Made by a program: the position numbers and the translations under genes
Shown: piece by piece, positions 35,330 to 48,854 of the stretch
How positions within the stretch are numbered: the first letter of the stretch is position 1
Layout of the letters: each line of letters begins with the position of its first letter
Source of the DNA: Asterias rubens
Lineage: Eukaryota
Reading direction: 5' to 3'
DNA length: 64,000 nt
Assembly: GCF_902459465.1 (NCBI RefSeq)
Contig: NC_047077.1
Span: forward strand, 3,286,001-3,350,000
The notes under the pieces: generated by a model
Told to the model about the DNA's origin: nothing
Seen by the model: the letters and a program-made list of their open reading frames with translations, nothing else
Database searches by the model: none

Positions 35330-35789
35330 TGCAGACTGAAATAATCAAACTGACACAAGTCACTGGCATAATAAAGAACTTCGTTCAGGTCTAATAAATT
35401 TACCTAACTAAAGACCCTTGTTAACGTTGGTTCTCCTTTTGCCATTTGGCATGTATGTATGGAGGACTTTCCGTATTCAGCCACCATCATCATAGGCCTA
35501 CCACTTTGTCACTCATTTTCACAAAAAGAAATATATCATTTGAATAAAAAAGTGGTGGCAGGCTTTGGACATGTTTCCCTTCATGTTTCCTTTCCAATAA
35601 TGGCGGAATTAGTTATACATGATGGAAATAAGTTTGTCTTTGTTCAACACCATTAGTTTTGCACGCAAGGCGGCGAGATGGTGTTTTCAGTTTAGTTTCT
35701 AAAACAATTGGTCCAATTTACTTTATTTATAATGTCAAAAAACAAACTAGAGAAAGTTTCAAATAAGAGTTTGAAGTCTCTTCACTTAC

Positions 35790-36582
35790 CGGTTATAAAT
35801 TCAATTCTTGGAAAACTTGGATAGCGAGGCAAATTTCAACAACAGCGGGAGAAAAAGTCCGCGTGTGTTCCGTTGTGTTGATTTTTGGCGATTTGTTTAC
35901 TTTTTAACAACTTTTGTTTACCTGATGTCGCACGCGCGCGTCTCTAGCTCTTTTTGAAGTTAACTTTTTTCTTTCTGCCCGTGTAGATGATGTAAGATTA
36001 TTTTTTCCCCATGATTTAAACACGAGCCTTTTTACCGAAAAATTATTGTCTTTTTTTAGTCAATACTTTCTTTTTGTGTGTTTTATTGAGGTTGTTGGTA
36101 AGTTATTTGTTAAGAGTGAGACAGCACGAGCTACGAGGATTAAAACATGCCCTTTAGAAAAGTGGGTGGAAACAGTTCGAACGTTCGACTCAACAAGACA
36201 AAGAAGTATGCGCGCGCCTTTAAGCCTAGTCACACTCTCATGCTAAAAAAAATACAATTTTTCGTCTATGAATGGGCATCCTTGACCAAGATGGTCAATA
36301 AAGCATAATGATTTTCAAAAAAAAATTAAACGTTATTTTCCCTGGCGCCTCACAAAGTTAACGCCAACTTTTTCTTCCTCCATCATGCATCAACAGAGGG
36401 CGCTATTTCCAGAAAACAACTTCTTCCGAGAAATAGACAGGTAGCGAAATTATATAAATAACAATACTGAGCCTATGCCTATACTACAGTACAGGCACCA
36501 GACAGTTCTTCTAGAATAAAAAAAATCTCATGTGTTACGCGGACCGAGGTGTGTGATCTACGCTAAAAAGACAACCATAATC
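35790..36582. promoter_or_regulatory. Divergent (head-to-head) promoter region between the kinase and PDCL3
   Basis: Kinase leader exon donor at 35789 (minus) and PDCL3 ATG at 36583 (+); locally CpG-rich stretches (cgcacgcgcgcg, gcgcgcg); CTCF-like site at 36390-36404. Confidence 0.6.
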
Positions 36583-39500
36583 ATGCAGGTTTGTTTGTTT
36601 TTTGTTCACTTGTAATTGATGTTTAAGACCAATAGAAGCATGAATCAACGTTAACATTTTCTGAATTAAAAAAATCCCCGTGTAGCACTTTTTAAACCTG
36701 TGTGTGTCGCGAATGTGTTTACAAAGTCTATACAAAGTTGTGAATGTCTGACATGAATGAACAAACACAAATCTCGATTTACTTCCTTATTTGGGTGTAT
36801 ATTTAAAACACGTTCAATGACGTAATGATGAGTGGGAAATTACTATCGCCACACACACTAAATAACAAAACCATTCAATTTACTTTGTTATGTTGAATGA
36901 AGTTTGACTTGATTGAGTGAGCCATCATCATGTTTGATGAACTTCAATTCAACTTAACTTCAACTTGGACTTCGACTGGGTCTTTCTAATTCTACCTCCA
37001 TGCTTGGAGTTAGACCAAGCCAGATGACTCAGTCAGTGAGTTAGTAACTGCGCCAGGGCATGCTGGGCTGGGGCGCTGTCCAGTGTCTGTCTGCTTGTAT
37101 TTTGAAGAAGAAAAAGTACAGTTGTGGGTCTATGGTTGTCTTGACAATGCTGCTGCTGGCTATATTCCTTGCGCTGCACTCCAATTTTACTTCCTTTGGG
37201 CTTGAAATGTGAATTTTTTTTTTTTTTTAAAAGGTCAAAAAAGCGTTTCAGCTGCCAGTTTCTCCAGAGAAATATTTTTAAAAGGGATGTAAAGTCCAAC
37301 ATGAATAATAACATGTAAAAAAGGATGTTTGTTTGATTTGAACTTTATAAATTGGTGTACCACTACCATTCTTTGTATCTATCTGTTTGTTGTTAAATAA
37401 TTTTAAGCGTTTTTGTCTGTACTGTATGAATCATGGCCAGTTTTAATTTCCCTAGTGTGGGATAATAAAGTGGGATAATAATATCTTATCTTATCTTATT
37501 CACTACATTAACATGTAAATGCAATGAAATTTATTGACACAATCTTGTATGATCATTTCCCAGAACCCAAATGAAGATACAGAATGGAATGATATCCTGA
37601 GGGCGAAGGGCATCATTCCGCCCAAAGAGGCTGAGGTGACTGAAGATGACATCTTGGGAATGATGGAACAAGCAGTCAAGGAGAAGACGGAAGGTAAGGG
37701 GGTGTGGTCATGGGTGTGGTTAGCTTGTTGCTGGCGTGAGGCGTGGCGAGGGGCACTGCCCTGAGTAGTGACATTGGTAGCTTATCACCAGGGTCAAAGG
37801 ATAAATCCAGACTTTTGAATGGTCCTTTTTCACAGTTCTCGTCAGTAGTGCACATGCTCAGACCTACATGCGCAATACTAAGGATGTGCGCGCTCGCTCA
37901 GAGCCGCAAAAAATTGACCATTATGTCTGCTTACGCCAGCATCTCAAAAGTCTCTCACTGAAGCAGACTTTCTTTAGAGATTAACTTTGTAGTTAAAGCC
38001 ATTGGACACTTTCGGTAAACAGTATTGTCCAAGGCCCACACTTCGTGTATCACAACTAATATATAAAATAACAAACCTGTGAAAATTTAGGCTCAATTGG
38101 TCATCGGAGTCGGGAGAAAATAACGGTAATACCCTTGTTTCCGCATGTTTCGCTGTGTCATGACATGTGCTTAAAATAAATCTGTAATTCTCGATATGGA
38201 GAATTGATATTGTGTTCATGTTTTCTCAAAAAGTAAAGCATTTCATGGGAAAATATTTCAAGAGAAGTCTTTCACCATTACCTTCTGTAAACCCTGTAAG
38301 TTATTTGTAAATCTGTGAACTTTTTTTTTTATTATTATTATTTTTTTTTTTACATAATGCTGATTTATTGGCAATATTACCATGAAAGATACCAAAAAAG
38401 TCACATGTTGAAGTTTCAGAGAGGCAAAAAGCACACAGAAAATGCAAGAGGTGGACAATAGTTATAAAGGAGACAAAGGGGTTGGATGGAAGGGGCTGGT
38501 TTGACCACAAGAATTTGTATACGTGTATACATTGATATTAAAGTATTGATGTGCACTGTGTCCACAGGGAAAGCAATGGAAGACATGACGATGGGTGAGT
38601 TGGACGAACTGGAAGATGATGAAGATGAAGAAGTTCTTCTACAATACAGGTGAGCAACTACATGCCAAGATCCTACTCAAAAAGGAAGATCCAGAATTAT
38701 GAAATATCTATTAACTTAAAGGAAAGAAATACGTTTGATAATCATTCTTAAAATAAATGACAATAAAAACTTTTGGGTAGAAGCCTGTACAGCAGCTTTG
38801 GATAGTATAAAGCATTTTGAGAAAACATTTCACTTCTGCAGTAGTGTGGTTATGTAAAAAGATATCTGTTTTTATGCTTCAAACTTCTGCGTGGTCATAA
38901 TTTTTTGATCCAGATATTTGGCCGTATCTCAAAAACGCAACCACCTTCTGAAATAAAATTTTCACATGTTAGTTTGATTGTATACATCTACATTTATTTA
39001 GATTTATTGCAATCTAACGCTTAAAACAACAACGGTAAACTTTGCCTTTAAGTTACACTGATCTGTATACTAGACAAACAAAATGGCTCTTCCGTGGTTG
39101 TAAATTGTTTCTCGATTTGAACTCCCAGACAGCAAAGAATGGCTGAAATACAGAGACTTCAAAGAAAAGAAAAATACGGTGAAGTGAAGGAAATTTCAGC
39201 TCAAGATTACGTCCGAGAAGTAAATCAGGCAGGAGAAGGAGTTTGGGTTGTACTTCATTTATTCAAGCAGGGGTAAGTAAAAGGAATGGAACAGCATTGG
39301 TTTCCGACCAAGTAGAAGTTGATCAGGGCCCAGTTTCATAGAGCTGCTAAGCACAAAAATTTGCTTAGCATGACATTTTTGCCTCGATAAAAACAGGATT
39401 ACCATACAAATTTTCACGTGATTTTCAGGATAAATAAGCAAACGACAGCTGATTACCAGTAACAAGCAATATACAGCAACTGACAATTTGGTTGGTAATC

Positions 39501-41258
39501 ATGTTTTTATCAAGGAAGAAATTTCATGCTAAGCAAATTTTTGTGCTTAGCAGCTCTATGAAATTGGGCCCAGGCTGGCTCAGTGGTTTCTTCCCCTGCC
39601 TTTCACCTCTGTGGACCCCGGTTGGATCCCACCTCAGACCGGACAATGGTTCAAATCCCACCTCAGACCAAAGCCTTGCATGTAGATCGAGTTTAAAGTC
39701 CCTACCTGATTGTGTGGGTTTTCCCCATTGGTGTTTTCCTCCCACATCTAAAACTGAACCTTCTCATTTCCGATTTATTTGTTATTGGTGCTAATTGTGC
39801 TGTTGTGTAATAAAAAATAAATACTTTTTAACTGATCCTATTTACTTATTTATAATTAATCAAAACCTGGAGAAATGTTACTTGTCCTTGGACATGAGAG
39901 GTGAACAACAACTTAGAACAGTTAAGATAGGAGAGGGTTTAGGTAGTTGTTCTAGTTCACAAACCGAACACCCAATAAGGGCCCAACATAGCACCAATTA
40001 CTACAGAACTTGGCGCTTATGGTGCATTGTAATGGTTCTATTTGCTGTAAGCGCATAAATTAGCATCACTATTCAAAAAGGTTCCAGAATTTTGCTTCAA
40101 AATGAGCTTGTGAATAATTTTTGATAATCAATAAATCAAGTTTCTATTTTAAATCATAAAATCAAATTTGTATTGCAATTGAGCCATGTAACTGAACTGT
40201 GCTTGCTTTGAATCGTATTTATTTTGTTAGTAATGACTTAATTCTTTGTTACAAACTCCCATTTAAAACTGATGCCTTTATCTCCAACAGTATCCCCCTG
40301 TGTTCTCTCATCAACCAGTACCTCACACAACTAGCTGCTAAGTTTCCTGCCACGAAATGTTTAAAAAGTGTCTCCACGACATGTATACCCAACTACCCAG
40401 ACAAGAATCTTCCCACAATCTTTGTGTACTTTGAGGGGGAGCTCAAATCACAAATTGTTGGGCCGGTTGACTTTGGCGGGATGAATTTAACAATAGAAGG
40501 TGAGCCGTCAAGTATTTTACTCTTGTGACTCAGATTCCTGTATTGTCAGCTTCTCACAATGGGGGACTTTAAAGACGGTATGAGCAATTTTGGGTGTGCA
40601 CCTTGGTTTACTAAAAGTTTACTATTTTGACTGGAACCCAAGCTGGCAACTATTGGTTAACTACTGTGGTCAACCATTTGGAACCAGCTTTGGGACCATA
40701 CCGATAGCCTGTTTCATGCTCACACATGTAAAGCGCAGAAGGGAACCGATGACATTATAGCGAAAAGGCAGAAGGCAATGTAGTGTTGCAGTAGTACCTA
40801 TGGTTGACTAGGCTACCAAACGAGTTGTTTAAGTGTGTGTGTCACTGCGCATGTACGTTGCTGGTCAGTAGTCAATCCAGTAACAATTATCGTTAAGAGG
40901 GATTTGCCCTGGTGTTCCTGGCTGTGGCTGCTGAATGCGCCGTAGCACCTTGTAAACCCTTATAAGGTGCTACATAACTGGGTCTCAAAACTCATAACTT
41001 CAATAATCTTTCTGTACAAATGTATTGTACTAAGCGCCTCGAGTACCTTGTTGGTAGTAAGTGCGCTATATAAGACTTTGGTTATTAATTTTATTACTAC
41101 AGTATTATTATTATTTCTCCACAGAGTTAGAATGGAAGTTATCTGAAATGGGTGCTGTACTATCAACCCTTGAAGAGAAGCCCCAGCCAAAGACAAGATC
41201 AACGCTCAGCTTTGCCGCCGGTCGAGATCGTGATGACGATTCAGATGATGACTACTAA
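36583..41258 (+). CDS. PDCL3: Phosducin-like protein 3 (viral IAP-associated factor), 234 aa
   Basis: Exons 36583-36588 (ATG CAG), 37564-37693, 38568-38649, 39129-39272, 40291-40499, 41125-41258 (705 nt). [38 protein letters not shown] and [16 protein letters not shown] match PDCL3; acidic C-terminus. Confidence 0.95.
37997..38310. mobile_element. TTAA MITE (agccattggacac family), 3'-truncated
   Basis: ttaa|agccattggacactttcgg; body matches 58917-59281. Confidence 0.75.
38720..39047. mobile_element. Probable TTAA-type MITE
   Basis: ttaa|aggaaag ... ctttgcct|ttaa; short imperfect TIR. Confidence 0.5.
39327..39570. mobile_element. MITE with CAG TSD
   Basis: ggcccagtttcatagagctgctaagcac ... 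gtgcttagcagctctatgaaattgggcc; cag/cag flanks. Confidence 0.85.
39575..39790 (+). mobile_element. tRNA-derived SINE with V-domain-like body
   Basis: ggctcagtgg (A box), ggttcaaatcc (B box), gtgtgggttttcccc..ttttcctcccacatc resembling the V-SINE core; second copy at ~60453-60602. Confidence 0.6.
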
Positions 41259-42694
41259 CTAAGTAACAAGAAACAACTTCAAAGGGATAGGTTCCAAAAT
41301 GTCAGGTTGGGGCAATTACATGGCAATTACTATCCTGATCAAATGAGTAGCATTCTGTCAAGACCTTCATGCGATCACAGTCTATTGTTATACCAAAATA
41401 AGGCCTGTAAATTTACCATCCAATATGTCCACTTGAGTCGACTACACGCTATTTATTGTTCCTGATCAAATGACTGACATTCTTTCAAGATTGTGTTGCC
41501 GGACATAAAAAAACAAAGGAAAGCATACAAAGACATTCATACTGTAACCCTAATTACTGTACAAAAATAGGGCCACTCAATATTCCATCCTGTGTCAGTT
41601 TTTCAATTGCTGTAAATAGAAGAGGTGTACAATGGCTGAAGCTTCGATGATGACGGTATTACTCAATTGGAAAATGTCAGACAGGTAGAGTGATAGCTTT
41701 GCAGTGAGTAATAGGCTAGTGAGTAATGCCTGTAGCCATGATGAAGGTCTATATCGATGGAATTACTCAATTGGAAAAGTCAGATCAGTAGAGTGATTGC
41801 TTTTCAGTAAGTCATGCCTTCCTTTTTCTCTTTGAGAAGATTTCTGACCCAGAAGGAGGAGATTGGATGGGTATAGATCTTTATCATGCTCCCTCCATCT
41901 TGGTCATGTTCCCGTATCGTATAACAATAATGAGTGCTAATAATCATTTTGCAAATAGGAACCAGATTATTTTGTTCTTCCAGCCTCGGTTTGGTAACAT
42001 TGATATAAATGGGAGAATTTCAAGATGGCTGCACCATGATAAATGTCTATTGAGTTGGAATAGTTGAGTTTGAAACATCTTGGAGATTTGCGAACCATGG
42101 ATTGACTGATATTGTAGAGATGATATCATCACCTCAAGATCAATGCATTTGCCCAATCTACTTGAAATAAATTCTTATCATAGATTTTATTTATTACTTT
42201 TTTAGATATGTATTATTCAAATAGAGCTCATTTTGATTTGATTTCCTTGTTAACAAGGCAGCTATTTAGGTAAGCTACAATATATACCAACAAATATGCT
42301 AATTACACTCACGCATGCCTACAAACACTTGGTTGGCAAACTCATTAAAGTTGTGAACTACGAAGACGCACAAACATGCGTTACACAACCATCACCCCAT
42401 GTAAAAAGGCACAATGTTCTCTCATTTTTCAAACCAGTATGTGTGGATGTGTGCGCGTGATGTGCAAGTTACATGTTTCATGGGAAGAGTATATTGGTAT
42501 CAACAGCTGCATTTGTAATTTTCTTTTTTTAGTAATAAAAAATAGTGCCTAGATGGCATCAGATAGAAAATGATTAACACAATGATTTACGGTGTACATT
42601 TTTTTCCCAACTTTTCCTGTAATATATGTATTACTGTATTACTGACACTGTATATGGGGCTAATACACCTTATTACTATCTACTACTGTTTTCT

Positions 42695-43118
42695 GGGGAG
42701 CATACAACATCACCCCCCCCCCCCCCCCCCAATTGGTTAATCCAACACAATAATACATGTACTGTCTATCTGCCCTATCAGGTTATCATGTTGTACACCT
42801 GGGTTAAGAGAAGCCTTTATGGTTAAGTGCAACGTACAACGTGGGGAGCACACAGCACCCCCCCCCCCCAGTTGGTTAATCTAACACAATAATACATGTA
42901 CTGTCTGTCAGTCCTAGTAGGTTATCATGTTATACATCTGGGTTAAGGGAAGCTATTATGGGTAAGTGCAACATACACTGTGGGGAGCATACAGCACCCC
43001 CCCCCCCCCCAAATTAGTAAATCCAACATGTTAACAAAATACTTTCTATCTGCCCGTTCACCTTTCAGGTTATCATGTTGTACATCTGGGTTGAAAGAAG
43101 CAATTATGGTTAAGTGCC
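42695..43118 (+). repeat. Three tandem ~140-bp units with a variable poly-C tract
   Basis: Units start ggggagca at 42695, 42843 and 42982. Confidence 0.85.
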
Positions 43119-45018
43119 TTGCTGAATATATCTTGGCTGTGAATCAAATCCACACTCCATGAACACTCACAAACACCACACCAAGTTAGGAGGCAAGAAG
43201 ACCACTACTGGTTTTCAGGAGTTTGCATTTTTATAAATTACACCCCTTGTTTATAACAAAGATATATTGTTTGAGATAAAAATAATAGCATTTCAACATT
43301 TGTATTTAGTGTTTGCTGCCAAAACAGCAAGGTGAAGCAATGCGCGATTCGGATTGGCTCATCAGCCCAAAGTCTCAACCTCATCCGTTCATCTAGACTT
43401 GATGACAATTCGTTAGCACTGCCCATTACATACACACATTCTGCCGTGCATGCAACAGTCACAGTGCGATAATAAATACATGCAACGGTCGTAGGTAGCG
43501 CATGGCTGGTAAATGCGACTGGCTCACACACATACTGGGATCGAGGATGTGTGTACTGTCCCCGTAACTACACCGCCCTTAACCGTAATTACCGACTTGA
43601 TTTTAAGACTACCTTTCATCTGGCAGCATCATCTAAACTGCCATAGCGCCCTCTTTTGCCCAATAGTTGGGTCACCGAACCGTGACGACCGACCGTGTGA
43701 ACAACCGCGGACTTCGCTTCCATAGCAACGGCGTCCTACCATTATCTAGCTGTACTACAATCCATTCATACGTGAGTCAACACAATGTACCCCAAGCCCT
43801 GTGTGTAAACTGCCCCACGGAGTTTTGTCGGTATCAAGATTTGACAGCATTAGTTTGGTGCTGTATTGAAATCTACTTGTAAAGTCTATGAAAAGTGTTT
43901 GCAACAGGGCAACAGGTGCCTACAGCAACAAGTGAACGCGTTCACAATTGGACTTTAATACAACATCATAAATTGCTGATTTAGATGTATATCATCAACC
44001 GATTGCCTGTGTGTTTGGCGACCCGTGATTCGCAGTGTAAGAACAGTGGTTGCCCGTGTCATTTTCTCAGACGATTTATAAATGAGCCCTATAGCTGGAT
44101 GTCATCAACTTTATAAAATGAAGGTGAAAGTTACATGGTCCTTGGCTACTACGTGCCGTTTTTGAGTGGAGGCTACGCCGGGAACATAAACATTTCGCTG
44201 CAAATTTTGTTACGAGACTGCATGAAAGTCTACCAGCCTCATCGGATTTAACTTCTTGGGAAAGTGACAATTTCACGGAACAATAATAATCAAGCTGTGG
44301 CCTTTAAACAGCATAATTATTTTAAATGATTCGTTTGGAAATCTGCTCGCTGGAACATTGTGTTCACCAACTAATGGTCTCGTTATTCACTGGAAAAGCC
44401 AGGCTTTATTGTCAGTCACACAACTACTGACACATGGAGACTAAACAACGAGCTTGCAGTAGCTTGTGCTCATAGAAACACTTCCTGGTTTCAGCGTGAG
44501 TAACGGAAACATCCCCGGGCAACACGAGTGTTATTCCCGGCGGCACAGTTGCTCCAGACACAATAGAATAAACACTATTAACGAGTAACACTGAGTGATT
44601 CATGTAGTAATCAAACGGCAAAGGTTATAGGCGAATGTTATTAATTGTGTGTTGTGACTTTGTTCGGCGCTGGTGTATTTCATGTGTGGACTATGAACCA
44701 TCACTATACACGAAACTCTAATGGGCATTATAGTGAGATAAATGCAATCATTCGAGAACAAAAATATGCATAATTCAAATAGGCGGTCTGTGAATTATTA
44801 AATTATCCACAATCACTGTTGATAACACATGTAGATTTCTGAACGATACGGGCATCGACGAGTTTGCTTCAAATTAAAACTGGTTTGTTTTCAGACTATA
44901 AATTCAAGTTGAAATTTGAAGTTATTAACTCAGTCGTATTGGATCTGTAAGAAAAAACTGCTGGCCCAGTTTGTACTTCAATTAACTTTCTAACTAATTA
45001 CGCAGAACTAAGCTGAAA

Positions 45019-46071
45019 ATGGCTACTAATGACTTGAGGCTTTCGGTTCCACTCTGTCTGCCGAAACATCCCCAGCCCTTCGCGGTCATCAGTGAGCACT
45101 GGCAGGACAAGCTCCAACTCAGCTCACCACGTTCAGACAATACTGACTCTCCGGAAGATGATATTTACAGCTTCGGTCAGGTCTACGAGGAGAGCCTTTA
45201 CAAACTCATTCACAAACATCTTGAGCTGGACACCGACAATCGCCTGGCATACGTTGGTGCCAATAAAGGCAGCCTTGCAGAGAAAATCAGGGAGAAGTTT
45301 TGTCTTTTGCAGCCGATGGTCAACATTTTCCCGGGGCTTATTCATTACCAGCAGACACCCAATCAGAGGATGCTACCCTTCAAAGTATGTCATGTCGGAG
45401 CGGAAGAGTACTTCCGTCAACTTGCAGACGATCTGATCAAGGACCACAAGGAAGCGCCTTTTGATAAAATCATCTTGAAGGACTCCGTGGAGCACTTCAC
45501 CAACCTCGCCGAGACCTTCTCGCACATTATGAGAACATTGAGTGAGACTGGCAAGATGTTGATTATTCACCGACCAGGACCCATGAGCACCTTGCCGGTC
45601 TTCAGTGAAGCCACACGGCGTTTTGCCGAGGAGGACTCGACAGACGAACCGTACATCAAGATAATCCGGAGCCTTCAGGATGCCAAAGTGGACGCCAAAT
45701 GGGAGGTGGAGACCGTACCCATTATCATGCCAAAGGTTAAATGGCTAGCAATGCTCCAGGAGCGGTTCCCGCCTCAGATGGAGATCATAAGTAACTATCA
45801 AGTTCAGACTGGTCTCCGGGAACTCACAGAAGGGATGTTCAAATACCAAGGGGAGCAAGTTGAGTTCTTCGACCGACTGCTATTGATTACGGCATCGCAT
45901 AGAATGAAGAACAGTGAGTATCCGAGTATTCAGCGACATGGAGCAGCCGCCGGGAAACCTTACCCGGGTCTAATGGACATGAAGTACACGTTAAAAGTCA
46001 CTCCAGATATTTATGGTCACGTGAACAAACGAGTGGAAGAAGAGGACAAGAGAAACAAAATATTATTTTAG
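45019..46071 (+). CDS. Class I SAM-dependent methyltransferase-fold-like protein, 350 aa, single coding exon
   Basis: Long ORF with coding-like composition; degenerate motif I (LAYVGANKG) and FDKIILKDSVEHF resembling motifs II-IV; acceptor tacgcag at ~45005 just before the ATG implies an upstream non-coding exon. Confidence 0.75.
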   Translation: MATNDLRLSVPLCLPKHPQPFAVISEHWQDKLQLSSPRSDNTDSPEDDIYSFGQVYEESLYKLIHKHLELDTDNRLAYVGANKGSLAEKIREKFCLLQPMVNIFPGLIHYQQTPNQRMLPFKVCHVGAEEYFRQLADDLIKDHKEAPFDKIILKDSVEHFTNLAETFSHIMRTLSETGKMLIIHRPGPMSTLPVFSEATRRFAEEDSTDEPYIKIIRSLQDAKVDAKWEVETVPIIMPKVKWLAMLQERFPPQMEIISNYQVQTGLRELTEGMFKYQGEQVEFFDRLLLITASHRMKNSEYPSIQRHGAAAGKPYPGLMDMKYTLKVTPDIYGHVNKRVEEEDKRNKILF

Positions 46072-47325
46072 AAAGAAACAACGCGGGACTCATTTTGCTT
46101 TAAATGTAGTGATGAAGTAGGCAATGCAATAGTCAAGTGAAACTAATTGAATTCCAAAATCTGTGTTGTTTTTTATTTTGATATTATCGTTTTCGCGCGT
46201 TTTTGTTTTTTTTTCGTTTTTTTCGTATTTTTTTTTTCAGGGGGGGGGGTATCTACCTATAAGTTGCAGATAGACCGACTTTCGCCGAATTATATGCCCA
46301 TTTGTGATTCTGTTTCCCTGAACGAATTTCAAAGGACGAAATGGTTTCAAAACGATAAACGTTGGGATAATATGCCTACACAATATTTACAACAAACAAT
46401 GCAAATTTTTTTGTGCATGGCTGGTGGGTGGCCTGAGAATGTCGGGATATCGACAATGACTCGTTTGGCGGTTTCGTTACAAAACAGCAGATAGTTTTCG
46501 TGCAATAGCTGATGATTCAAGCTTATTATTGCCTCAAATCTATCAAATAAAATAAGTAGTCCTATTTGTAGAGTATATGAAAAGAGATCAGCAGTTTAAA
46601 GTTAAACTTGTAGCAGCCAATTTTCTTTTAGACGTTTTAAAGTGAAAACTTAGCAATTACGCAATTAAAAAACCACTGGTTTGCTATGAGGGATAAGGCG
46701 AAATGTACTCCTAGTACAGTATCACTCGAAAAGAACCGTCGACTAATTTACTACATGTTCTCAATAATTACTAAGCTAAAAAGTAATTTCACTGTAACTT
46801 GAATACTGATTAAAACAAATTATGCAAATAATCATTTCCTCAATGCTCATAAGTACATGCAGTATACAACAGCCTAACCATTATTTTAAAAAAAACTTCC
46901 ATTTTAAACAATGCACCAACAAAACTGTCTGTCAAAAAAGTTAAAACAAATAAATAGACATGTACATGTATCTTTCACATTGGGCAAAAGCAAGCAGTTT
47001 GTTTTTAAGGATGACGAAATAAATTTAAATATCCTCCGTATTTGTTGCTGTAAATGTGTTTGTGTTCATTTTATAAGGGGTTGTTTTCGTTTTGTTTGTA
47101 TTTATTCATAACATTTTTGTTTGGGTGGGGGGGGGGCGGACGTGCCATCTAAAAACTTCCTGTTATGAATTAATCTGGGTCCCAATGTATAGTCTGACCC
47201 AATTCTGGGTCAGTATGGCCAACATAATCTGTGTTAAAATGACCTAGGAAAAGTCAAACTGACGTAGAATCCATGCATAGCGTGACCTAGTCTTGGTCCA
47301 AGCAAGACGCCGCTATATCATACTC

Positions 47326-47369
47326 GTAACGTAACGTAACGTAACGTAACGTAACGTAACGTAACGTAA
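47326..47369. repeat. (GTAAC)n microsatellite
   Basis: 8 full units plus a partial unit. Confidence 0.95.
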
Positions 47370-48474
47370 AATAACGTTACTTGATAACCCGACAGACAGA
47401 GGGCTCACTTTTTTCTTGATTTCGTTTCGGGTCAAGAGTGTTTTCGTGGAAATTGGAAATAAAGAATAGACTTGCGCAAAGCATATTATACATGTACAGT
47501 ACATCTCTTTCCAAATCTGCACTGTATCAAATTGTCATGAACTTTTCTCCAAACAATACAATATTGAAACTTCTCTTCAAATAAAATACGACACTCAGTT
47601 GTCATGATTCGCTTCAACATACAAAGCTAATTGTCAGGAACTCCTCTTCAAAGTCCAATCCTAAATTGTCATGCAATCAAATACTGTAGCATCTTTGAAA
47701 CATTCAAGAAACGGTTTCTACTTACAGCTTTTCTCCACAATGTAGCTATGTCGCCCTTCACTCTGCCTGGTTTTACATAACCATAACCATGAGCGTGGTG
47801 TCGCACACAGCATTATTTCCACACAGGCAAAACACACAGATTCCTCAGTCTAAACTGGCCCTATATTGCACACATTGCAATCACAAACTTCTGCGCCGAC
47901 ATAGTGGGAAAAATACGTCTTGCCTCAATGCTGCCTCACGGTGAACTGGCTGAACTAATTAAAGCCCCATAACCTAAATACCATCTCCTTACTATTTGTA
48001 TACAACCCTGCTTCCATAAGAATAAACTTGCATAACTAGAACTCATTAAACTCTGACCGAGCAGAGCCATGGCCCCTATTGTACTCCACATTCCAAATGT
48101 CTATTATGTAATTCAGCTGAAAGAACAAAACCCAAACTATGTTGTCCTATACATTGCTGACCAGTGTTCCAAACTATATTTCTAGTGGGCCTAACTGATG
48201 GAGCTCAAGCTATTTAATTAAAACACAAATAAAGCAAGCCACATAGTGCCCTACCCCCCCCCTCCAAGTGTTTCTACGATGTTGTAAACTTCCACAATTA
48301 GGCATAATCACCAAGTTCTGTACATGTATATAGGAAGAAACGCAACATTGCAATTTTCCTGTTGTGCATGTAGCGTGCGTGTCTGCCGCCCCATATCCGG
48401 CGGCATTTTTTAAAATTTGTTTTCAGAAGGGGTTCAAACTATACACGATTTGTTACGCCTCTTAATAGATTTAA

Positions 48475-48854
48475 AGGCAGTGGACACCATTGGTAATTGT
48501 CAAAGACTAGCCTCCACAGTTGGTGTATCTCAACATATGCATAAAATAACAAACCTGTGAAAATTTGAGCTCAATCGGTCATCGAAGTTGCGAGATAATA
48601 ATGAAAGAAAAATAACCCTTGTCACACGAAATTGTGTGCGTTTAGATGGTTGATTTCGAGACCTCAAGTTCTAAATCTGAGGTCTCGAAATCAAATTCGT
48701 GGAAAATTACTTCTTTCCCGAAAACTATGGCAATTCAGAGGGAGCCGTTTCTCACAATGTTTTATACTGCCAACCTCTCCCCATTACTCGTCACCAAGAA
48801 AGGTTTAAAACCAATAATTATTTTGAGTAACTTTACCAATAGTGTCCACTACCT
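48475..48854. mobile_element. TTAA MITE (aggcagtggacac family)
   Basis: TTAA flanks, family TIRs. Confidence 0.85.

Noticed and set aside
41607-41616. Pumilio-response-like TGTAAATA downstream of PDCL3
   Set aside because: An 8-mer expected by chance in AT-rich DNA, and the 3'UTR extent is unknown.
45092-45570. Overlapping and antisense ORFs within the methyltransferase-like CDS, and similar shadows over the kinase and the 60-64 kb exons
   Set aside because: Shadow frames of real coding sequence.
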